Positions 23,957 through 36,254 are shown, counted from the stretch's first letter. The stretch: 38,889 nt of DNA from Octopus sinensis (GCF_006345805.1 NW_021835726.1:1-38889), one strand, 5' to 3'. Made by a program: numbers and translations. Notes: generated by a model from the letters alone, not told the origin.

Positions 23957-24346
23957 TTGTATCTAAATCATTTCGCAAAATGCCGTTTATGTACGCGAGG
24001 AAAATATTTAGGAAAAGTGTTAAGCGATCGGTTTCGCAAGACGGCTCTGCTACAATTGATTTCAGTTTTAGATGCAAAGGGAATGTTATGTTCTCATGTT
24101 TGGTCTTTGCTTTTTCACATATTTCTATAACTAGTTTATTATTATATACTTTAGGTAGTCCATAGACTATCTAGGTGTACATGTGAAGTGTGTAAAGTAA
24201 CCTAGGCCTTTATTAGTTAAAGAATTTTGGAGTGAGTATTGTAAAATGGTGAGCTGTTTAATAAATTTCACTGATTTGTGTGTATTGGCTTTTTTTAATA
24301 ATAAACATTATTTTGAATCGTTTTCTACAGAATAATCGTACAATAG

Positions 24347-24348
<2 letters not shown>

Positions 24349-24439
<91 letters not shown>
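24349..24439. repeat. (TAA)n array, the (ATT)n tail of the adjacent CR1
   Basis: Direct tandem units immediately 3' (on minus) of the CR1 end. Confidence 0.93.
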
Positions 24440-24880
24440 TGTGTACAGTGCTCAGGTGCACTACAACTCATCTAAAGTGTATATATAATCAGGTGTAGTT
24501 TCGGCGGATTTCGGAAAGCATGAGGGCCTTAAAGGATGCAGTGTCATGGCAGTCAACAACTGACGCAGGCAGTTTATTCCATGCTTCAGCAACTCTGAGC
24601 GTGAAAAAATGTTTCCGAAAGTCATGGGAGCTGTTTTGTTTTCTGACTTTGTAGGCATGTCCACGTGTGTTAGACTCATGGAGATCAAAAAGGTTTTCAG
24701 TGTTGTTGTTGGTGAGGTGGTTTGTAACCTTGTGGGTGTTTACCAAGTCCGTCGCCAGACGCCGGAGCTGCCACAACGAAATTTTGTTTGCAATCTTTCG
24801 TAATAATCATATTTTTGTAGATGTGTTAATCTGTCGAATAGGTCCTTTTCCACCTACTAAATTTAGGTTGTATTTGCTTT
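24440..24880 (-). mobile_element. CR1-clade LINE 3' end
   Basis: ORF 24489-24776: LRRLATDLVNTHKV...TRGHAYKVRK...RKHFFTLRVAEAWNKLPASVV...SFK, matching CR1 RRLRGDLIE.YK...TRGH.YKL...FFS.RVV..WN.LP..VV.A.S..SFK; upstream YYERL. Confidence 0.88.
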
Positions 24881-25501
24881 ATTTTCTGTTTTCATACAGG
24901 AAATTCTGAAACATTATTACTGGACTCAACAGCCATATTTATTCCTCATTGAGTATTTCTGAATACATAGCCAATAAATCAATTTGATCCCTAGCTGGGT
25001 ATTTCAATTTACTACTGGAGTTTCCTGAGAAATGAATTGCATTCATTTCGCAATATTCTTTCCCGTGAAAAGGATCAGGCTGTGACGAGTGTTTATTAAA
25101 TGAAAGGCTTTGCCCCACCACATCAGAATAATGAATAATCTTTGCTATACGAGATGTAAGAAGGCATATTTAGCGGTAATCCTGTGTGGTTGTTTATCGT
25201 TTCATGTCTTTCATAATGAAACGTATGCAAAATTCTGTAAATTTCAAAGCACTCTGTGTATTTCTAAAATTTTATTGTTAAAAATCATAATATTTCAAGC
25301 GCACAAGTCTATGAAGAAGACAAGTTAAATTGTTCAACTTACCATTGGAAATCTTTTATGGTTTACGTATTTCAGTGATTGGACTGCGGCCATACTGCAA
25401 TTTCGGACGAAGGTGTAAGTCGATTAGAGTGCTCAGTTAATTTTCTTTATTCAATGTTCCTAGTAAAACTGATTATGATGCTGTTGTATTGTTGTGGATG
25501 T

Positions 25502-25532
<31 letters not shown>

Positions 25533-25920
25533 AACGACGGCGACGATGACTAAATCAAAGACGATGATGATGATGATGATAAATAATGTATCACATCGTG
25601 GAAAGGTGACAGTTGTTTAAGACTGAAAACGAAAGTCGCGAAATACGTAGTATTTTGTTTTTTCTACCAAGTATGAAATCACTTCTTTGACATTACGTAA
25701 TTCGCTGAAAAGGTGTTTATTCTGCTTCTCACATTTACAAAGCAATGTCTGCTCTCGCGGATTTGTCGTAAGTAATTTTCTGGATGACTCACAAAGCTTG
25801 TAGAACTATTGTAATAGTCGCATCGAGACTTATATTTACATAGACGTAGGCAGAGGTGTCTCTTTAAAGAATATCACTTCATTGCGGCACCGTGGTAAAA
25901 GAGTTTCATTCTTCGTTTTT

Positions 25921-26058
25921 AAGACTACTCGAAAAGGTTGCCAGACGCAACGAAAATTTTAGGAAAATAAAAATAAGAAGTAAGAAATGGTAATTTTACC
26001 GGTGAGTGTGTTACATTATACGGCACAAAAAGAAAATGACTCTCTCCAGACACAACAG

Positions 26059-26101
<43 letters not shown>

Positions 26102-26241
26102 GTAGTCAAGACTATTGAAAAGTTTGCAAGACGCAACGAAAATTTTAGGAAAATAAAGATAAGAAATAAGTGGAAATTTTACTAGTGAGTGTGTTACATT
26201 AAAAGGCACGAAAAAAAAATGTCTCTCCCCAGACACAACAG
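25921..26241. repeat. Diverged ~135-bp direct repeat pair separated by (TA)n
   Basis: 25921-26058 versus 26108-26241 (aagacta...gacgcaacgaaaattttaggaaaataaa...gtgagtgtgttacatta...ccagacacaacagt). Confidence 0.85.
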
Positions 26242-26477
26242 TTTCATACTGTTTTACAATTAATTTTTCTTGTGGAGGGAACGGGAACAACATTGTTATT
26301 TCCATCTATGAGCTTTACACACACACACGCGCGCGGGCGCGCGTACACAAACACTTTTGTAAATAGTAATGGATTGCTCCAAACGTTCACCGGTTTGCCC
26401 TCAGTTAGGCATTAGAAATTGGTTATTCAACAGTTAATATAAAAATACAATAATATTTTCATCTCTCTCTCTCTCTC

Positions 26478-26693
26478 TTTTACTCTCTGTTACTTGTTTC
26501 AGTCATTTGACTGTGGCTATGCTGGAGCACCACCTTTAGTCAAGCAAATCTACCCCAGGACTTATTCTTTGTAACCCTAGTACTTATTCTATCGGTCTCT
26601 ATTGCCGAACTGCTAAGTTTCGCGGACGTAAACACACCAGCATCGGTTGTTAAGTGATGTTAGGAGGACCAACAGAGACACACAAATACACAC
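26478..26693 (-). mobile_element. SINE family C, 3' half
   Basis: tttcagtcatttgactgtggctatgctggagcaccacc...gtacttattctatcggtctc...ccagcatcggttg matches 35815-36030. Confidence 0.88.
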
Positions 26694-26841
26694 GCTGTGT
26701 AATAGCAAAATTGTTAAGCCGTAAGAGACGTTCTATTCTATTAATTTACATGACTCAGTTTACTCATCGATATCTGAGCTTTAGATGGATTTACCGTTGC
26801 GAGCATTTTTACCGGGTCTGCTTTCCTTCTGCATATTTCAG

Positions 26842-26937
26842 AGACCCCGAACAAATAACGTTTTCAGGGAACTGCCATTTAATTCTGACACGAGCTTTAT
26901 CTCCACCAATGTTGTGTGGACGCCCCCAGACGATGAA
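26842..26937 (+). other. Candidate 96-nt internal exon
   Basis: Strong acceptor ctttccttctgcatatttcAG, donor GAA|GTAGGC, two open frames (RPRTNNVFRELPFNSDTSFISTNVVWTPPDDE or DPEQITFSGNCHLILTRALSPPMLCGRPQTM), locally GC-richer. Confidence 0.3.
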
Positions 26938-28130
26938 GTAGGCTAGCCTAATACGTAGATATAGAGAGAGTAGAGACAGCAGTAGAGGCATTCGAACGTG
27001 CGACATAACAGTGGCGAAGAGGATTTCGTAGCTCACACAGCCACTGCGTAGTAATGCGACATAACAACCAATGTTAACAATCACAACAATAAGAAAAACA
27101 AAACATCATCTAAGAGGTTCGGCTGACCTCCAAGAAATTTAATAATCTTCTTCAAATTCCTCGTTGATATCATGGAAGCATACGGTTACACTTCAGATAA
27201 ATTCATTCCAAATATCCCATTTCTGAAAAGTCAAAGTCGGAATGTCATTCATGAAGCATTTGCTGAGTCAGGCCTTATTTCAAACTAGACTTCAACAATA
27301 TCGTCGATAGAATTTTTTCTTAAAAATTAAATTCGGGACGAGTTTACAATTATATATAATAATAAGCTACCAAACGTCATTAACTACGCAAAGCCATTAA
27401 AATCAGACTTTGTTGATTACGTCGGAATATTTCAGAAGAAAAAATAACCGAACGAAAATAAAAAATTATCATAGAAAATATAACATTCAACCTGGAAGTA
27501 TACTTGTCTTGTCTTTAAAAAAAATTATATAGCTTGAGAAGTTAATTAAATTCTATTGAAACCCAAAAAATATATTAAATCCTCGAGGCCAATAGTGTGT
27601 TATTGACATATCTGAATGTAAGTAATTTAATTTTTGAATGGAACAGTGAGTTGTCATAGAGCTTTCTCTAGTAATATGTTGTAAAGCGATGTGTGGAGGA
27701 ATACAGGCGCTCATAAAGTACGTATTATGTAAGGTTATATACTTTTGTCTACATCTGAAAAGAAATCACAATTTCATTTAGGTAATATCTTTAGAGAGAG
27801 ACCAATAATTATAGTATGAAGTTATTGACACAGCTATGATTAAATTTCCCTAAATAACAACCAATTTCTAAACCCATTTATACAAAAAAAATATAATATT
27901 GTTAGGACTATTAAAGTAAGACGGCGCTGTTTTTTTTTTATCTTGCAGTTTACAAACTATTTTTTCGTTTGGTAATACTGTCTATACATTTCAGGTTCAT
28001 TTTTTAGCTTTCATTAATTATGACGGGTTTTCTCAGAGAAAATAAATACGGTTCTCTATAATTGTGTTTCGCGAGGTACAGTTTAAATATCTTCACGAAT
28101 AATCTTTCATAAAATACAGACATCATATCT

Positions 28131-28171
<41 letters not shown>

Positions 28172-28269
28172 ATTACATATTTATGAATATACACAAATAA
28201 AAATATATGTATGTATGAATATGTGTATATATATATATACATATATGCGTATATATATATACATATATA

Positions 28270-28465
28270 TATGTATATCCTGTGTACTGATTTCTATGAG
28301 ATCGCTAGCGAAGACGAGGGCATTATCTAGCAGTTCTTTAGAGAGAGAGGCATAAAAATCAACAATATCGAATAGTGTAAACCACGCTTTTTTCTTATTC
28401 TTAATGGCTTTAAACAAGTCTACGACTTCTATACTATTGGACCATTGTACTAGCCTAGTAGCGGT
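28270..28465 (-). mobile_element. Penelope-like element reverse transcriptase fragment
   Basis: Open frame QWSNSIEVVDLFKAIKNKKKAWFTLFDIVDFYASLSKELLDNALVFASDLIEISTQDI matches the PLE RT pattern QWKN...V..WF..I.NK....F..FDIVDFYPSI...LL..AL.FA. Confidence 0.8.
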
Positions 28466-28480
28466 CTTATATATATATGT

Positions 28481-28860
28481 GTAAGTGCGGGAGTGGGCTG
28501 TGTGCTGAGAAGCTTGCTTTCGAAACACTTGGCTCCAGGTTTCGTCTCACTGCGTGGCAACTTGGGCAAGTAGCTTCTACTATAGTCTCGAGCCGATCAA
28601 ACCTTTGTGAGTGGATTTATTAGACAGAAACTGAAAGAAGCCTGTCGTATATATGTATGCATTTCTGTGCCAGTGTTTGTCCCTCCACCATCGCTTGACA
28701 ACCGATGTTGGTGTGTTTTCGTCCCCGTAACCTAACAGTTCGCCAACAGACACCGATAGGATAAGTAGTAAGCTTACAAAGAAGTCCTCTGTACGATTTT
28801 TTCGACTAAATGTGGTGCTCCAGCATAGCTGCAGTGAAAATGACTGAAAAGAACAAAAGA
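28481..28860 (+). mobile_element. SINE family C, full-length diverged copy
   Basis: Head gtgcgggagtgggctgtg, CORE-like acttgggcaagt, 3' part ...gtgctccagcatagctgcag...tgactgaaa. Confidence 0.88.
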
Positions 28861-28899
<39 letters not shown>

Positions 28900-29130
28900 A
28901 TATTATATATATATATAGAGTGAGAGAGAGAGAGAGACTGAGAGATAGATAGATAGATAGATAGATAGATATAGATAGATAGATAGATGGATAGATAGAT
29001 AGATATACCTAAACCGACTTGGGTGTATGTTTTGTAATTCTCTTCACTCTACTTGACAACAATCGCTGGTATTACTATTTTAAAATCTCACAACGTGAGA
29101 TATTCAGCAACAGTACTTTGTATTAAAAAC

Positions 29131-29395
29131 TGTTTTCCAACATAACATGGCAGTCCTGGTTTAGGACGAATGTTGCTGTAATTTAGCCCCAGGAGACATC
29201 GTCTCCAGCTGGCTATACGATAGGTCTGTTTCCTTATATTTTCGAACAAGGGAGGTGATAGATGCTAGATTCCCCTTGTTCGAAAATATAAGGACACAGA
29301 CCGTGTCGTACAGCCAGCTGGAGATGATGACTGCTGGGGATAAATTACAGCAACATTCGTCCTACACCAGGACTGCCATGTTACGTTGGCAAACA
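29131..29395. repeat. ~265-bp fold-back (arms ~122 bp, loop ~17 nt); MITE-like or an inverted duplication
   Basis: tgttttccaacataacatggcagtcctgg...ttatattttcgaacaaggg pairs with cccttgttcgaaaatataagg...ccaggactgccatgttacgttggcaaaca with scattered mismatches. Confidence 0.92.
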
Positions 29396-29574
29396 ATCTT
29401 TACTACATTTGCTGGTCTGTTTCCACAACCATAACAAAGCGGTTCGTCAAAAGAGACAGCAGAATAAACACAGGACTTTACTTACTCGGGTTGATCTGAT
29501 GGACTTAACTTTTTCCAGGAAGGTTAACGTACAATGCTTGAGACGAAGTGGAATATTAAATATAAAGATGTTTA

Positions 29575-29760
29575 CACACACACGTACAAGGCACACATAT
29601 ATACACACAGACTCACATATATACAAACACACATATACACACACGCGCACATACATACATGCATGCATACATACATACATACATACACATACATACATAC
29701 ATACATACATACATACATACATACATACATACATTCTCACGCACCACGTACACATACAAT
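29575..29760. repeat. (CA)n/(TACA)n microsatellite
   Basis: Direct tandem units; (TG)n also at 29885-30035. Confidence 0.9.
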
Positions 29761-30384
29761 ATTGAATTTTTGTATATTTTGCCACTCGATTTTTATGCTA
29801 CTGCGATATTCAAGCAATCGCCTGAAGTTGATATTGGCGTTAAACTCCAGTCGCGAGATGAAAATTCATTTTCTAAGAAGTCTACGTGTGTGTATATTTG
29901 TGTCTGTGTGTATGTATTTTTGTCTGTAAATGAATGTCTGTGTATGAATGTATATGTGTGTGTCTGTGTGTGTGTGTCTGTGTGTGTGTGTCTGTGTGTG
30001 TGTTTGTGTGTATGAATATATGAATGTTTGTGTGAGGAGTGGTCTATTCTGCGTAATTCCCAACAATGGCACAATCTTAATTCGTAATTCAAGTGTCACT
30101 TCTAGCTTTCCAATATCATCTGCGGTCTCTTCTCTATTGATCGAAAGACAACTAGTTATGTTTTGCTCTCAAGCCTTTTCACTGTTCATTGTCAATCTAC
30201 GCTGAAATTTGCATTTCAGCATATATTTGTATATATAATGGAATATACATTACAATGTATATTTAACATAAATTTCAACACAGACATCACATATATGAAC
30301 ATAGATTTGAATAGCAATCTAGCTATTATATCTAATACACACACACACATTCCCCCCTCTCTCTCTCCATATGTATTGATCATC

Positions 30385-30551
30385 TTTTTTCCTTTCCTTT
30401 TTTTCTTTCCTTTTTTTCTTTCCCTTTTCCGATCCCTTTTGATCGAGAACCTACCCCATTTTTTTGTTTATTTTCTCTCTCCCCAAAAGGAAAAGCTCTA
30501 CTTTGTAATCTGTGCCCTCTGTGTACAGCCCTGTGTGGCTAATAAGGAAAC
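30385..30551 (+). mobile_element. Retroelement 3' end (L1/Tx1-like?) abutting a (CA)n array
   Basis: Homologous to the reverse complement of 11216-11372; ends cagccctgtgtggctaataaggaaac. Confidence 0.5.
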
Positions 30552-30566
30552 ACACACACACACACG

Positions 30567-30630
<64 letters not shown>

Positions 30631-30641
30631 ATATATATATA

Positions 30642-30897
30642 TCCGCTCAGTCGAAGTCGACTCTCGGTCACTCAATGGATCAGTGTCCTCCAGCCAGTTC
30701 TATCCTGGGTCGCTTCTTTCAGATTGACTATGGCCATTCCCGTGTCACTCTTAATGGTGTCAAACCAGCGACCGGCCTCTCCCTCTCTTGCCACTGACCA
30801 TTCCGAGCATGATGTCCTTCTCCAGGGATTTTCTCCGCATAATATGACCAAAATATTTCAATCTATGCTTGGCTTAATCTGGTTAAGAACTTCTCCA
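30642..30897 (-). mobile_element. RTE (BovB-like) LINE 3' end
   Basis: Minus: RLKYFGHIMRRKSLEKDIMLGMVSGKRGRGR / RWFDTIKSDTGMAIVNLKEATQDRTGWRTLIH*VTESRLRLSG, closely following the BovB-type C-terminus YFGHLMRR.DSLEK.LMLG..EG.R.RGR...RWLD...DR..WR..VH.V..SRTRL. Confidence 0.88.
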
Positions 30898-30995
30898 TTT
30901 ATATGCATATATTATATATCTACATAGGTTTATATGTATGGATGTATATATGTGTGTGTAAATGTGTGTTTGTGGGGGTTGAGATTGTGATTGTA

Positions 30996-31203
30996 TGTCT
31001 GTGTTTGTTCCAAACGACCACTTGACGAACGGTACTGGTTTGCTTACGTCCCCGTAACGTCGTTGTTCAGGAAAAATAACCGATAGAACAAGTACCAGAC
31101 TTAAATTGAGAGTACTGGGATCGATTCGTTAGAGTGAAAACTCTCGAAAGCGCCGCTCCCAATATGGCCGATATCAAACGATAGAAACAAACGACAGACG
31201 AAA
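30996..31203 (+). mobile_element. SINE family C, diverged 3' half
   Basis: tgtgtttgttcc...ttacgtccccgtaac...accgatagaacaagtaccag...tgggatcgatt...gctcccaatatggccg. Confidence 0.7.
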
Positions 31204-31235
31204 GATGAAAGATTTAAACATGAATGGTACCAAAC

Positions 31236-31309
<74 letters not shown>

Positions 31310-31499
31310 ATCGTATTTTTTACTTCATTTTGGACAATAAATTTTAACGTAGGCTTCAACATATATTTGGCAATTTATATCTCTAACAAAGCTTTTTGTT
31401 CTTTATAAATTTAACCATATGTCGTAAATTAGTAAGTAAAGGAATGTTGTTTTAATTTTGATTAATCATATTATGATCCAATCGTCCTTTAGAACACAA

Positions 31500-31935
31500 T
31501 ACTATATCGGAAGATCCTATCTGTTCTGCTATTACATCGAATGTTCTTTAGGAAGAACAAATTTCAGTAATTCTTTTGATATTTATACGCTTCCATATTT
31601 ACATATTCTTCAGTTGCAAATCTCATCCACCCAATTATTTCGATATCAATTACTTTGCAATCTCGTCATTTCGCATTGTTGACAACAGCAATTTCGAATT
31701 TCCTACTTTCCGTTCTCTTCTTGCATCAGATGGAAAATTGTCGGGGGATTTTCATGTATTTAGACTAATTTATATTGAGACATTTGTCTTCATTCCATAT
31801 TCCTGATTCTATATCCTTCCACACACAATTTGCATCTAATCGATCATCTATGCCCCATTAACATGTCATTTCTGTCACTATGGAACCGTCCAAGTCATGA
31901 GTCACCCGTTACTTTGCCCTTTACTGGACTCCACT
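31500..31935 (-). mobile_element. Possible highly decayed RTE endonuclease region
   Basis: Only weak cues: minus T*KSPD (from TWKSPD) and purine-rich LINE-like composition. Confidence 0.25.
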
Positions 31936-33225
31936 GATAGCTTAGATGATTTCAGAAATAATACGAAGATTACGCATGAATGCGTAAACAAATGGACATA
32001 TTCTGTATAGGCACGAAATGGTGATAATTATCCTGCCAGCTAACACTTATCTGCCGTTGAAGCAAACATACAGCATTAACTTATCACATATTCGCCATTC
32101 ACAATATCTCCATATTCTAAATTAAATGATTCATTTTGAATACAGAATTTCTTCATTTTTGATCTACAGTTTTTCCCTAAATGGAGTTTGAGATCGGTTT
32201 TTAAGCCTTAGAATCCCATCTACTTTTGACATTCTCTTTCCAAAAAAACTTTTTATGCTTCTGTAAGGAAATCGATACGTAAAAAGAAAACTGTTACAAA
32301 TTGGCAACTAGCGTTCCATCCTATTTTGCAGTAAAAAAAGCGTGAACACATTTGGGTAATTTACTTGTACTGTGTCTGATTTACAGTTCACCAAAATGGG
32401 GGATGCACTGGAAGTAGACTATAAGAGTAGCTGCAAAAACAACAACGACTACAAAAATATGACAGTAATTAGAACTTTTGGAGCAGGATTTGCGTCTTCT
32501 AAATTTCCGGTAGCTTCACGACAAAGATTATTCTCTTCATAAGTTCTCGTTGTGACTTATTTGGACTTAAACTCTGCATGGGTCTAGCCATAAAGTTTTT
32601 TCAATATTATGTCCTGAGAGGGGATAGGAAAGAATTCAGCTCGCGGTGACTTAGAAGCTGTCTGAAATGATAGCTTAACTGCACTGATATCTAGAGAGAG
32701 AGAAGGAGGGCCAGAGAGAGAGAGAGACAGAGACAGAGAGAGTGAGAAATAGTGATAAAATGTCCTCCACCGTTTTTCTGTTAGATTAATTAATGACAAG
32801 AAATAGATCAACGTGAAAGCTGACCTCAGTATGACAGAGATTATAATCCGAAAGTATTTTACTTGAGAATCAAAACACGCTTCTAATTCTTCAATAAATC
32901 CATAAAAGGAAGTGTTACATAAGAACTGAATACCTTTGTTTACGGTCTTTGCTTCATCAACTTTGCCAAAGAACTAAACAATCACAAATGTAACACCCGT
33001 TTCTACATCAGGTGTTCCCATAGATTATTAAATATGAAATTGGAAACAGTACAAACGTTAGACAAAAATGTACACACTTCCTCTAATACAGAGGCAAATC
33101 CTTTAGTTTATTTCCCCACTTTTAGAAACACTTTCAAAATACCTAAAGCTGAAAAATCTGAACTTTTGCAGTTGATAAACCAAAAAAGCAGAACAAGGTA
33201 GCAATGGATATAGAGAATTAATAGA

Positions 33226-33434
33226 AAAAGAGCATTGCATTATTCCGAATTCAAAGTGAAAATGGTAAGTCTGTATGGAATGCGAGACGCTAATGAAAAA
33301 GTGATACCAGTGGTGATCGGAGTGTTGGGCTTAGTAGCATTAAAACTTCAAAATTTCTTAAGGAGATCCCATGCAAAATTGATGTCTTGAAGAAAAGGAG
33401 TCTTATTGCGCACAGCGCACATCTCTAGGAACAC

Positions 33435-33435
<1 letters not shown>
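33226..33435 (+). mobile_element. R4/Dong-clade 3' end (RLE domain C-terminus)
   Basis: KRALHYSEFKVKMVSLYGMRDANEKVIPVVIGVLG...LQNFL / KEIPCKIDVLKK / GVLLRTAHISRNT, corresponding to EK..KY..L..E...LW...V.VIPVVIGALG...LQK.ALLGTA.ILR; runs directly into (TAT)n. Confidence 0.8.
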
Positions 33436-33568
<133 letters not shown>

Positions 33569-34099
33569 TATGAATGTAGCGCATACTAATTTAGTTAGCA
33601 GGTATTTTATCTTGATGTTTAAGTGATAAACACAATATGAGAAAAAACAGAATGCGTAAAGAACTCCAGTCTGTGATAATTTATTTAAGAATAAAATTGG
33701 ATAATAATCACGAAAAATGCCTTTGATCCTGAGTCTGGTTATACAATAACTGCAACAACAGCGATAACAGCAAGAATAAGAACACAAGCGACTACAAACA
33801 GCATTTTGGGAAAGTGAATTTTGGGGAGTTTCCTCTCTCTCTCTCTCCGGTTACTAAATAATTCCATTTCTCATCATTAGAACTAATATTCCCGTGTGTA
33901 GCAAGAATATTTATCTCTTGTTTATAACCAATCCTGTTTTGTGATGAACATGTAAGGTTGTACCAATATTTATGCAGTAATTGTTGAAATCTTCCACGAT
34001 TCCTTGTTTAGGCAATAAACCAGAATCACTGATGAAAAACCAGAAATGGTACTGTTTCTGATGTAGTAGTTACTTTTAAGCTACAATAACTTGTTTTTT

Positions 34100-34690
34100 T
34101 TTTACTTCAAGGATCACATAGTGTGATGTAATTTACACCTCCCTCTTTTTAGCAATTCTTGCTTCCCGTTTCTAACACATTAATAAAACTACATATCTAT
34201 ACAAAGGCAATTTTATTAGGTTTTCGAACCATTTCTTTCTCTGTTCTTTAATTACTTCTATCATTCCCAATTTCCCTGACATGTATATCCAAGCAATGTT
34301 TATTACACCCCACCCATAACATCAGTACTAATGGAATCTTCTAATATTCTCTTAACCATTCTGATTGAATTCAACATTCATCTGCTTACTATTTAGAGCT
34401 ATTCTCCGTCAGCACTGACGCCGTCAATCCACTCAGAAACGACCATTTTTCTTAATGCTGCGCACCAGGGCAGCATTTTTGTTCTTCCTATTTATTGTTC
34501 TTCCTATTTTCAGTTCCTCTTTCGTTAATAGGAATTTCGTCCTAATTGCTTCCCTAGAAATACTTACAAAACCATTTTCCTTTATTTCATTCTTTATTGC
34601 TCCGTTAGTCTTCGACGTTTTACCTTATTTCGAGGCTCTCCTAAATATATCCGATTTAACGATTTTATTCTTCGACGTGTCAAGGTAGGG
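34100..34690 (-). mobile_element. Decayed LINE fragment, probably RTE (post-RT region)
   Basis: Minus frames give RRIAL..., YGW, IAW and IKEQRKKWFENL with many stops; purine-rich sense strand; weak. Confidence 0.35.
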
Positions 34691-34980
34691 AGTTTCTATT
34701 TCTGATTTTATATGGATCAAGTTAATAAAACATGTCAGCTAATTGTTATCCGTTGGTCAAGCATTTTTCTTTATCTTCCCTTCAACACTTACATTTTGCA
34801 AGCTTGGAAATTTTCCATTAGATGTAAAATAACACCATCACACAGATGGATTTCACCAGAAAAAGAAATCTGAGTTGACGTACGCATTGCAAACGCAATG
34901 ATATTATTAGAATCATCAGAGAATCACATAACATTATTTGTTAGTTTAGATTTCTCTGCAATATTTCTGAAGATTATGTC

Positions 34981-35113
34981 GGCGCAGGCGAGGCTGAGTG
35001 GCAAGAAGTTTGCTTCGCAAACACATAGTCACAAGTTCAGTCCCACTTTCTGGCCCTTCTACCAAACTCTTGTGAGTGCATTTGGTAAACAGAAACCGAA
35101 AGGAAATGCCCGT
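34981..35113 (+). mobile_element. SINE family C, 5' fragment with an internal deletion
   Basis: ggcgcaggcgaggctgagtggcaagaagtttgctt...agttcagtcccact...ttgtgagtgcatttggtaaacagaaac. Confidence 0.75.
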
Positions 35114-35182
35114 TTAAATATGTGTATGTATATTTGTATAAATATATATATATTAAATATGTGTATATATATATTAAATATA

Positions 35183-35390
35183 CTCTTTTACTCTTTTATG
35201 TGTTTCAGTCATTTGACTGTGGCCATGCTGGAGTACCACCTTTAGTTGAGAAAATCGACCCCAGGAATTATATTTTGTAAGCCTAGTACTTATTCTATTG
35301 GTCTCTTTTGCCGAACAACTAAGTTGTGGGGACGTAAGCACACTGGCATCGATTGTCAAGCGATGTTGCGGGACAAACGCTGACACACAA

Positions 35391-35441
<51 letters not shown>

Positions 35442-35612
35442 CATATATACGACGGGCTTCTTTCAGTTTCTGTCTACCAAATCCACTGACAAGGGTTTGG
35501 TCGGCCCGAGGCTATAGTAGAAGACACTTGCCCAAGTTGCCACGCAGTGGGACTGAACCGGAACCATGTGTTTCGTAAGCAAGCTACTTACCACACAGCC
35601 ACTCCTGCGCCA
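35183..35612 (-). mobile_element. SINE family C, full length
   Basis: Full head, CORE-like motif, internal (TA)/(TG) tract, tail (aagagta)n. Confidence 0.92.
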
Positions 35613-35814
35613 ATGTTACACAAATACAAATGTAAACAAGGTGTCTTTCGATTAAGGACGAATTAAATTAAGGCGGCGTGTGTGCACACGCCTTTCTTTC
35701 AATATTATACTTCCTGTTCACTACCCTGTATTTATGTTCACATTTAAGCTTCCTCCCTTATTTTTTGGGTCTAACACAGAAATGTCTTTCGAGAGCATAT
35801 CTAACACCGCCTCT

Positions 35815-36027
35815 TTTACTCTTTTATAATTTTACTTGTTTCAGTCATTTGACTGCGGCCATGCTGGAGCACCGCCTTTAATCGAGCAACTCAACCCCGG
35901 GACTTATCCTTTGTAAGCCCAGTACTTATTCTATCGGTCTCTTTTGCCGAACCTCTAAGTGACGGGGACATAAACACACCAGCACCGGTTGTCAAGCAAT
36001 GCTAGGGGGACAAACACAGACACACAA

Positions 36028-36086
<59 letters not shown>

Positions 36087-36254
36087 TACGACGAGCTTCT
36101 TTCAGTTACCGTATACCAAATCCACTCACAAGGCTTTGGTCGGCCCGAGGCTATAGTAGAAGACACTTGCCCAAGGTGCCACGCAGTGGGACTGAACCCG
36201 GAACCATGTGGTTGGTAAACAAGCTACTTATCACATAGCCACTCCTGCGCCTAT
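35815..36254 (-). mobile_element. SINE family C, full length
   Basis: As above; minus head ataggcgcaggagtggctatgtgataagtagc, B box gggttcagtccc. Confidence 0.92.
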
